Assembly (NCBI GenBank): GCA_964019335.1
Contig: OZ025661.1
Span: 62,001 to 126,000, forward strand
Length of the DNA: 64,000 nucleotides
Direction of reading: 5' to 3'
Origin: Diplonema japonicum
Lineage: Eukaryota; Protista; Euglenozoa: Diplonemea
Part shown: positions 11,801 to 21,174 of the stretch, piece by piece
How positions within the stretch are numbered: the first letter of the stretch is position 1
How the letters are laid out: each line of letters starts with the position of its first letter
Program-made: the position numbers and the translations under genes
The notes under the pieces: generated by a model
What the model saw: the letters and a program-made list of their open reading frames with translations, nothing else
Database searches by the model: none
What the model was told of the DNA's origin: nothing

Positions 11801-12747
11801 GAAGGAGGGAGGGAGGAAAGACACGTGAGGATTCTACTACCCAAGGGCTCCGATAACTGCGGGAACAACTGCCTAAAGCTCGCAGCCGAGAGTGTTGTCA
11901 GGTGGCCCTTGAGCTGCTTGTGATCCAGCTCCGTGAACCTTTGTAGCAGCAGCTCAACCAGCGCTGCTCTGTAGAAATCGGCATGCTCGCTTAACTGGGG
12001 CGTCGTTCGTACGAGGTAAGCTTGGGACCTTTCAATACACCCCATCAGGTACTTAGGGTCGGTGTTGACCAGCATGAAGAGCTCTTTGGGGTCAATGCTG
12101 CCGACGGAGTCATCTTGAGCAAGCTCCTTGAGACCCTCGAGGGTGGTGTAGTCTTCAGCGTCTGGTGCAATGACTCCAGAGATGATGATAGGGGCGGCTG
12201 TGAGGTCTTCACCCATGCATTTTACTTGCAGCACGTACCTCAGGACCCAGCCTTTGATGTCTTCCCCTTCGAAAGTCATGCTGCTGAGAATATCTCGAGA
12301 AGTCTGTGCTTTTTTAAACGATCGGGCAGCGAGGTCCTTGGCAGCTACCAGTTCTGAGAAAGTAGCTGTTTGTTCGTTCCAGATGATTGCCCGTTGCTTC
12401 GTCTGCTGCTCTTCAAACGCAGCTACCCCATCATGAACCTTGGCCACTGCAACACGTTTCAGCAGCGCTTCCCCTGTTGTTAGAGATGATGTTTGTTACT
12501 ATGTTTGCATACTTCCCGCAGCAACCTTCTCTGTATTGAGCTCTTTTTTTGCGCTCTTTGCGGGTGAGACAGAGGCAGCTGCAGCCGCGATGCCCGCAGA
12601 CACACCACCATTCTTATTGATGTAAAAATAAATAGCGACCGCAATCAAGAGCTGGGGGGGTTTTTTTTTTTGTCGCTTTTTTTTTTGTCATACCCCCCAT
12701 ATATACACTGCCATGGGCGACCCCTGCACCTCTTGTACACCTTCCAT
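8896..12747 (-). CDS. Membrane-anchored Ufd2/UBE4-core plus BIRC6/UBE2Z-type ubiquitin-conjugating (E2) domain fusion, ~1256 aa; introns 12652-12693 and 12474-12512
   Basis: Two GTATG..CAG introns extend ORF 8896..12447 in frame to ATG 12747, adding a TM (AVYIWGLLIAVAIYFYI). The middle has Ufd2-core-like motifs. The C-terminus is a UBC: GPQGTPYSHGLFIFD, PNLYESGKVCLSLLNTW (Cys codon 9325-9327), SLYQVALSIQS..L..DPYFGEPG. Confidence 0.85.
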
Positions 12748-13085
12748 CTTCGTTGCCTGTAGTAAGAGGGTACAATGGCAAAGGGGAGTATAAGAAAACA
12801 ACGAAACGGGCTCATTGAGTAAAGAACGGGGACTTGAGGGAAGTTGGTAGATGGCCAAAAAAAAGAAGAAAAAAAAAGGGGGGACCGGAAACCTAATAAG
12901 GGGGCACGTTTAATTCTTTTTTCTTACTGTTCCTGCAACAAAACGTACACAAGAGAGAAGGGTCACCGATAAAAACTACCCTATCTTCAAACAAAACAAG
13001 GCAGCTAAAAAAAGATAATGTAGCATTCCACAGGGGGATAGGGCAGCCTAGCAATGAACCACCAATTAAAATTTAAAAGAAAACA

Positions 13086-15390
13086 CTAAGTGGTCTGTGG
13101 GCTGGCGCTCCCCGAGGATGGCACACTACGAGACATCGCAGGGTCAGTGAGGCACGAGTTACCGAGGGAAGGCGAGGCGCTAAGTGACGCCTGTTTGTGC
13201 GCACCTGATGTTGGGATGGGCCTGCTGTGGAGTTGAAGCGCGTACAGGGCACTGATCTCGAGAGTGGCCTTGAGCAGCCCCCACGTCTTGTGAGAAGTCA
13301 TCTTGGCCACGTCAAGTGCCGTCAGGCCGTACGCATTCACGAGGGATGAGTCTGCTCCGCACGACATGAGAGTACCTAAAAGTGCGACCTGTGCGGATGT
13401 GGATGTGGATGCGGTGGATGTGTACACACCTGTTCGTCAGAGGCAAACATCTTCACTGTGCAGTAACCCTGCTCATTCGACACTGCGTAGTGCAGCGGCG
13501 TGTTCCCCATGCTGTCCCTCACATTCACCGTCTCTGGGTCAGCCTTCAACAGCTTTTTCAAATACCCAGCGTCCTTGCTTTCAATCGCCATGAACACCTC
13601 TCCTACATCCACCGCCACAGCCTCCTTCGTCTTCTCACGGCATGGTAGCTCCGCCATGCTCGCAAACCCCCTTATGCTGTCTGCCCTATCCAACGACACA
13701 CTCGCCAAATCGTACATCCCTTTATAATAATACAAAAGTGCAAGCTCGCGATACAGCTGCATTTCCTGTGAGGGGGTTCTTTGTTTTGTTTTGTCGTGCA
13801 GCACACCTCTAGCTTCGGGACGCAATCCTGAAGGTCTAAGTAGTTTGTGTTCGACAGCAGCTCATAGCTCAGCTTCTTGTCGCCCTTTGTGATGCTGACC
13901 ACTAGTGACGCGTAGTCGATGCACCTCTGCTGCACCTCGTCGCAGGATTCTCGCCTGCTGGACATGAAGAGGTACACCATATCTATAGTCTTGGCCATCA
14001 GTTTGCTCGGCACTAGAGCGAAATCGAAGTTCACGTCTGCCACTGACGAGGACCGCATGGCGCTGCTGTCGATGGATATCCTGGACACGTCGTCGTTCTG
14101 CGGGGTGTTCAGCATCATGTAGCGCTCCTCGAGCTCGATGCTGACATCGTTGGAAGGCTCTGAGGCCTCCCAGTTGTGCAGCACACATCCCTCCTCTCTT
14201 GCGTTGGCCGGTAGCAGGTCAGGGAAGTGGGCCAGTACCTCCCGCACGTCGATGTTTGTCGCTGCAAAGTGTTCAAACGCAGACTCCGGCTGCCCTCTAA
14301 ACAGATATGCGAAGCCTATGTCTATGTGTGTCTGTTTCAGACGCTTTTGATCTTGCAACTCGTTGCCGGTGGAGTTCTTGTGCAGCAGCTCAAAGGCCTC
14401 AGTTGTCTTGAGACTCTCGACAAGATTTTTGACTTGTGTCTCGATAGAGGCAGAGACGAGCATATAAACGTCCTTCGCGGTAGCGATGCACAAGTTGTCC
14501 TTAGTGCCGGGGCACTTGGAGCATGCTAGGATCGCACCGCTGAGGTTGGTGAGTGCCTGGACGATTTCGCCCTCGTACATGGAGTACACCTCGACGCTGT
14601 TGGGAAGCAAACCCACCACGTAGGGGTGTTTGAAGCCTATTGCTCGAGGCTCTGCACTCCACACGATAGTGTCGTTTTTGATAGCGGGGTTGAAGTTCTT
14701 GATGTCAGCGTCCTTGAGGGACACCTTGATCGACATGTTGGCAGACCTGCACAATGCAGCGTGTTCTGTGTCTAGAGATTTGATGTGTGGTTGGTTGTTG
14801 GCAAGGGAGAAGAGACCGGTCGCTTCGCCGCTGTAGCAGTTGAGCAGGCTGTACTCCTTGTGGTACCCGCAGCAAAGCGTTTCGCCTTGAAATGCAAGAC
14901 AATGCACTGCAGAGGGCATGACAAGGACCTGGAAGAGATGGTGGCTGTTCTCAGCCAGCTTATAAGTGTAGAGGTGGAGCTTGCGCTTTGTCGCCACACA
15001 GATGCGATGTGTTCCCTTGTGGACAGGGGCTATGGCAATGCAGGAGCAGCCTTTGAGGGGCTGTGTCCTGCCACTCTCGCCATCTGTAATGTAAAAGACA
15101 GTGCTGAGGTTATCCGTCGAGTGCACTGAGACGTTCTCATCACACAGCGTGAAAATCCTGGGCCAGGTTGGGTCAACTATCATTTGCAAAACGGGCTTCT
15201 TCTTTAGCTGCACCTGGTTCAGCTGCCTGCTTACGTAGTCTTCCTTAGCAATATCTTGGTCCAATCTCCATTTCTGCATCAACCCACCCGAGGTGCCCAC
15301 GAAGACCACATTTTCCCTGCAGTCTAGGGCCGTGATCGTGTCCTTTCTTGCATCTTTTGGGAGCGTAAAGAGTTTCACCACCCGCTGCAT
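13086..15390 (-). CDS. Vps39/Vam6/TGFBRAP1-like CNH-domain protein with C-terminal ankyrin repeats, ~740 aa; introns 13766-13806 and 13389-13429
   Basis: CNH-like propeller (ITALDC...VFVGTSGG; WSAEPRAIGFKHPYVVGL..SVEVYS), IDVREVLAHFPDLLP and LYRELALLYYYKG (Vps39_1-like), then VNVRDSMGNTPLHYAV and GADSSLVNAYGLTALDVA (ANK). Two 41-nt GTGTG..CACAG introns join three ORFs in phase 0. Confidence 0.8.
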
Positions 15391-15884
15391 CTTACCTTAA
15401 CTTTTTCGTTTTGCCTTTTCTTGTTCCCCCTTTTTTGTTTTCTTCCTTCTTTCTTCAAATCCGTGAGGGGGGTAGGTGGGCTCTATTTTTGCTTCTATTT
15501 TTTTCTTACTGCATCTCTTTCTTCTACCACCCCTTTAGTCCCTTTGTTCTTTTTTCTTTTTTGTGTGTTTCTGTTTTATTCCCTCCCCCGCCCTCTGTTT
15601 GCGTCCCTGAAATGAATTAGTTGCAAATGGGAAAGAAAATAGAAAAAACATTTCAATGAGGAAGAAAAAAAAGGGAAAAAGTAGATTGAGAATAAGGTAT
15701 ATATGAGGATACAGCCAGAAAGTGTTTATAATTATTAAACCCCTGCTGTCAGCCCCCTCCCCCTTTTGTTCAGTCTAGTAACTGAAGAACCCTATGTGAA
15801 ATGTCTCGGCTCTAAATCGATAGGACCCTAGCTAGACGCAAGGGTGGCGAGACTAGAGCGCTCTGCAGACCGACAGACTCAAAA

Positions 15885-15916
<32 letters not shown>

Positions 15917-16046
15917 AAAAAAAAAAAAAAAACATACAAGTTTTTGGAATGTAGTTTCAAGAAAAATTTTACTAAGGTATGATACAGGACTGTTTTCTTA
16001 GTTCTTTCTCGGGCCCTTTGGAAAAAGGTCCGTTCCCCCCCCCTTT

Positions 16047-16126
16047 CTTTTCTTTTCTTTTCTTTTCTTTTCTTTTCTTTTCTTTTCTTTTCTTTTCTTT
16101 TCTTTTCTTTTCTTTTCTTTTCTTTT
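16047..16126. repeat. (CTTTT)16 microsatellite directly after the WD40 stop codon
   Basis: Perfect pentamer array, read directly. Confidence 0.95.
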
Positions 16127-17748
16127 CATTCAAAATGAACTGTGTACACATTCCCATAAGAATCCCCGAACACCGCCCTACTGCTATTTCCTGTATAAAA
16201 AAAAATTATTTTTCCCCCCTCCCCTCCCTTTAAATACCACTGTCAAGACAGTACACAACTGTCTTGCAATAGATCTGCAGGATTTCCCTGCTGGTGGTGG
16301 TTTGGAAGACGCGCACAGTGCGATCGCTGCACGCGACGATGACGTAACTATTTTTTTTTTGACAAAAAAAAAAAAAAAAAAAAAAAAACATACTAACACA
16401 AAGGCTGTATAGATCCAGGGCAGAAGGAGCAGTAGGTCCAAGTAAAACTCTTCCCACGCGGTGCAACGATGGCTTGTATGCCTTCTACCTTAATCTGGTG
16501 CAGGGACTGCCCTGTGGACGTGTTCCACACACGCACTACCTGCTCATCATTGGAGACCAATCGTTGCCCATCATGCGAATACCGACAGTTCAGCACAATC
16601 CTCGAGTGCCCAAGAAGGTTGTACACATCGACACCAGTCGTTGCGTTCCAAATCTTCAACGTTCTATCGGAAGAAGCGGAGGCGACAGTATCCATAGTTG
16701 GAGAGAAGGTCAGAGAGATGATGATGCCAGTGTGGCCGGAGTAGCATCGCAAAAGCTTGCCCCTCTTGGAATCCCAGACCCTGCAAACCCTGTCTTGCGA
16801 GCCTGAAACGACAAATCTTGAATCGGTGCTGAAGCATGAGCACACAACGATCTTCGAATGCTCGAAAACAAAGAGTTGCTTCCCAGTCACCGCGTCCCAT
16901 ATGATCATGTTGTAGTCTGTCGATGTCGTGGCCACCAGCTTCGAGTTCGGGCTTAAGCTTGCACCACTGATGGTTGACGCGTGGCCTACGAAAGACACGA
17001 TCTCATGCCCTGTTGTCATGTCATACATGCCCAGTTCTGTGTCCATGTTCGAGCATGAGATGTAGGACCTCTCGTTCGCTACCAACCCGATAGTCTTCAC
17101 CTGAAAGGGGTAGGGAAGAGGGGAATAGAAATGTTAGCATACCCGCGTGCTGTGTCCTAAAAGGTTCTTCACTGTGAACCGTTTGATGTGCTTCCTTTCC
17201 GACTCCGTGCTCCGGTCTTTCCTGTCCCTCTTTTTTATCTTGAAATCCCCGAATTGAAACAGTGCCTCCTCCTCTTCTTTTTTTAACCGCTTGCCCTCCT
17301 CCTTCTTTTTCTGAAGATGTGCGGCAACGATCTCGTCGTCAAGGTCGGACACAACGGTCACAGCGAAGTCGGAGAACTGGAAGGCGTTGTCGCTTTCTCG
17401 CCGTGGAGGCCGCATCACGAGGGAGGCCCGTGGTTTCCGTGCCTTCTTCTTTTGAAGCTGCTGCATTTGATCACAGTCGATGTTGAAGTCTCCGTAGAAG
17501 AACTCCTCGGGCTCTGGCTGTAGAGTGTCGCCCACTACCTTGTTCTTATGAGTGTCCTTCTCATACGTCCCGAAGGGGTTGTTCAAAGGATCCATATTCT
17601 CCTCGTCGCTTTGCGACGCCTCCTCGTCCGACTCTTCCTGCTCGGAGTCTGTCTCCATGTTGTCCTCTAACTTTGTCTTGTGTGCCCTGTCAGCGTTGTG
17701 TATGGCGCTGAAAGCCATCATCGACCTCTTCGACGTCCCGCACCCCAT
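16126..17748 (-). CDS. WD40-repeat protein with N-terminal MGCGTS acylation motif and acidic leader; introns 17101-17142, 16348-16399, 16191-16237
   Basis: Repeated GH...WD/WN units (GHASTISG..IIWD; SGSQDRVCRVWD; SASSDRTLKIWN). Splicing joins 17134..17748, 16393..17100 and two small exons that end GDSYGNVYTVHFE*. Confidence 0.85.
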
Positions 17749-17856
17749 CTTAGGGCACTGTGGTGTGTTTTGGTAAAGGGAAGACGAAAAAAAAAAAAAC
17801 AGGGGGGAAACAAAAACCTATACAAAATGTAATACAGCTGGGGGCATGTGGAAGCA

Positions 17857-19556
17857 TCAGTCGCTACAATCGGACATGTATTGCTGCTGCCTGTGCTTGC
17901 ACCTGTGTCTACGATGTCCCGCCTCCGCGAGTCCTTCCGTACTGTTCGGCCATGCCGTGTTTTTCGCACCACAGCTGACGCACCGCACAGTTGTTGGTTT
18001 TCCGAGGAGCGCTTTGTACTTCCACTCCGACCGTTCCTGCAGCAGCTTGGAACTTTTCTCTTGCAGCTTCCCGTGCTCGCATTGTAGCTTCGCGTGCCTG
18101 CTTTGCAGGTTTTCAAGGTCACCATTCAGCATTTTATTTCGTTCAGACAGCCCAGCGATATCGTGCGAGTAGTTGTGCATGGGCAGCTGCAAGGAAGGAG
18201 TGGCCAGGGCCGTAGGGGGTGGCGGTACCGCTACCGGTACAACAGGCACAGGCGCCACAGGTGCCTGCGGTGGCAGTGGCGAAACTGCCAGACGCTGCGC
18301 ATCATGGGCTCGGTCTCGCAGCCGCTGGTTTTCTTCTTTCAAAGCAGCCACCTCCATTGTTAAGATGCTCGCCTTCTCCGCCCTCATAGCCTCTTCGCCG
18401 AGCTCTCTCTGTAGCTTCTTGATCTCATTAGACAGATTGAACACCTTCTGTTGCACATCACCCTGCGTACTGAAGCTCTTTTCTTTCAATGCAAACATCT
18501 GCCCTTTCAATTCCTTCACCACCTGCTGGTGCGCTTCCTTCTCGTTGCTGTACGTTGCCGTCTCTCTGCCTAATGCGTCCCTCTCTCTCGTGCGCGCTTC
18601 CAATTCCCTCGCAAGAATATCTTTTTCCTTTGCATGTGTATCGTTCTCGTTTGCACGTGCATCTCTTTCCCTTGTAGCCTGCTCTGTCATGCTCGCTATG
18701 CTGCTCTGAAGGCTTTCGACTTTCAGTGAGAGGGTCTGGTTCTGCAGCAACAGCTCTTGCTTCTCTTCCCACCTACAGCGCTCAGCCTCCAGCAGCGAAT
18801 TATTCTGGATGTCAGACGTGTTCTGTTTGTCACGAAGGTCTTCTGTCATCCGAGCTGCAAGAGCTTCCGCCCTCTCCGCACGCGACAACGCCTCTAGCAG
18901 TTCAGACGGTGGTGAGGAGGGCACTGCTGCTGCCGCAGTTGCTGCAGCAATGGCTTCTCTAGTTGATGTTTGCATTTCTGTCAATTTGCTGCGGCAGTGT
19001 TCCAGTTCTTTTTCAAAGCTGCAGCTCTGCATCTCCGCTGCTGCTATCTTCGCTTCAAAAGAGCTCCTTTCGATGTCCAGTTGAGAACTCAGCTTCTGGG
19101 ATTTTTCCTTTTCAACACCCAACAGCCCTTCTAACGACTCGACCTTTCTCTGCGCGTGGTCGAAGCTCTCCCTCACGTGCTGCGCTTCCGACACAACTTT
19201 GAACATCTTGTCTTCCAGTCTGTGGATCTTTTCTTGCCCTTTTGCGACCTCGGCTTTCAGAGCTGTGTTGCGCTCGTTCACCATCTGCGCCTCTTCTTGC
19301 CAGGATGCAGCTCGTCCGAGCCACCTCTCCTCGCACTCGTCCATAGCCTGCAGCTTCATGAGGGACACAACGCTGCGCTGGTGCTCAACAGCACCTGCAT
19401 CCTGCGACACAGGTGTGAGCTGTGTTTTTAGAAATATCGTTTTCAAAGTACATATTGGGGACATACCTCGTGCTGGATGGAATGCTGTTGCTGCTGCTGC
19501 TGCTGCACGGCACTAGTGGGCTGGTATGCATAAGGGTGCTGATGCTTCTGGTTCAT
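17857..19556 (-). CDS. Long coiled-coil protein with poly-Q N-terminus and C-terminal CxxC; intron 19420-19466
   Basis: E/K/Q/L-rich heptads over ~400 aa. A 30-codon first exon MNQKHQHPYAYQPTSAVQQQQQQQHSIQHE is joined by a 47-nt GTATG..ACACAG intron. Confidence 0.75.
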
Positions 19557-19701
19557 GTTATATTTATATGCATCATGCGACTCGTACGAAGCGTTCCTAT
19601 CCATCCCTGTAGGAGTGAAGGGAGAAAGTCATCACGAAAGCGGAGGGGACACACAAAAATAATTAAAAAAGATGGGGAAATAAAAACCGGTAAGTAGTTA
19701 T

Positions 19702-20130
19702 TCAAATCAGCAATGTGAGGTAGAAGAAGGCGGCGAGCTCCAAGGAGGCAGTCAACAGGGGTGCCCAGGGGGGTGCACCAGCCGAGACGAAAAAGAACAG
19801 AATGGCGGAGAGGAAGCAGAGGAAGAGCATTAGGGGGAGGGTGGAACGGAGGAAGCGCTTCTTGCCTTCTTTGCGCCCGATGGCGATCATCACATCGTAG
19901 CCTGCCAGCACAGGGAGGAGGCTTCCAAAGGCACACCACACTCCCCACTTCAGCCGTATGTCTTGCACCTCATAGCCCCCTATCCTGTAGGCTATGTACA
20001 TCAGAGAGACAAACCACAATACTTGAGACCAAGTTATCGAAAGATTCTTGCTTTTACCTTTTTTATCCTCATAAGGCACCCTTGCATGAGAGTGACCATG
20101 TCCATGAGAGTGAGAGTGGGAGTGACTCAT
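19702..20130 (-). CDS. Small ~4-TM membrane protein with His-rich N-terminus
   Basis: MSHSHSHSHGHGHSH followed by four hydrophobic segments. The upstream part of the ORF is a T-tract, so ATG 20130 is taken as the start. Confidence 0.7.
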   Translation of the reverse strand: MSHSHSHSHGHGHSHARVPYEDKKGKSKNLSITWSQVLWFVSLMYIAYRIGGYEVQDIRLKWGVWCAFGSLLPVLAGYDVMIAIGRKEGKKRFLRSTLPLMLFLCFLSAILFFFVSAGAPPWAPLLTASLELAAFFYLTLLI

Positions 20131-21174
20131 GTTACTCAGAGCTGAACGGCGGGGGTTGTTGATAAGAAATAATTGTAAAAAAGAAAGAAAAAAAGGGAAA
20201 GAAAAAAAAAAGGATAAAACTGATTTTGTGTGCCTGCTGCATCGGTTCGTTGCGACTCTAAAAAAAGGGGAAAGCAAGAAAAAAAAGAAGAAAAAAATCT
20301 ATAAAAAAAAAGGAAGAATTAAAAAAAAAAAAAAAGAAGAGAGGAAGAAGGGAGAAGAAAAAAAAAGGGGGGAAACGAACTAGTTACCGTCTCTCGACGT
20401 TTTGCGTCCTATTTTCTTTTTTTTTTTTTTTCCCTCTTTTCTTCTTCTTCTTTTTTTTCCCTGTTTCTCGTATCCTTTTTCTTTTTGTTTTCCTTCTTTT
20501 TTCCCATTCACCGCATTTGTTAGGTGTATAACTCATGTCTCTGCGATCTCAGAGCTCATCCTGGCAACAAAATGGCACACCCGCAAGAACATATCATACC
20601 AAAAGAAGAAAACACAGAAGGGGGGGCAACTCTTCTCACCACAAGAGGGGACAAAAAAAAGCGTGCGAGAAATCTGGAGAACCCCTTTTTTTTTTGAAAA
20701 AGAAAGGAGAATTAGATCGTTCGTTTGTACAGGCTAGTGGAGGGGGTAGAGCTCAAGAAAAGACAATCCCCCCAAGGACAGCCGACTTGCAGTGTAGTGA
20801 TGTCCCTCTTCTGGGAGCATAGCATTCTCGAGAAAAAGAAAAAAAATGAGAAACAAGCAACCATCTTCATTTTATGATAACATATGATTATGTTCATGAA
20901 AAAACAAGATGGTCCCTTCTTTAGTTAACAAGACATACAGCCTAGTCTTGCAGCTTCCGCTCACAAGGTGAAAGAATGTGGGACCAAAAACCAGCGGCCT
21001 TCAAAAAGAATCCTCCGGGGGGCAAAGAGCCTTCCGAATTTCTTTTTTCTTTTTATACATTTCACGCGTGATCACAGCAGAAGGAAGTAGTCCATAAATG
21101 TATATGTATCTACCATTCGATGCCTGTCGGCCGTGAGTGAGGACAGAAACGTTTAGACAGTAGCTCTCATGCGT

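Noticed and set aside
15782-15856. Hammerhead-like core CTGAAGA-ACCCTATGT-GAAA
   Set aside because: Stem II is only 2 bp, stem III needs a bulge next to the core, and no stem I forms after the putative cleavage triplet.
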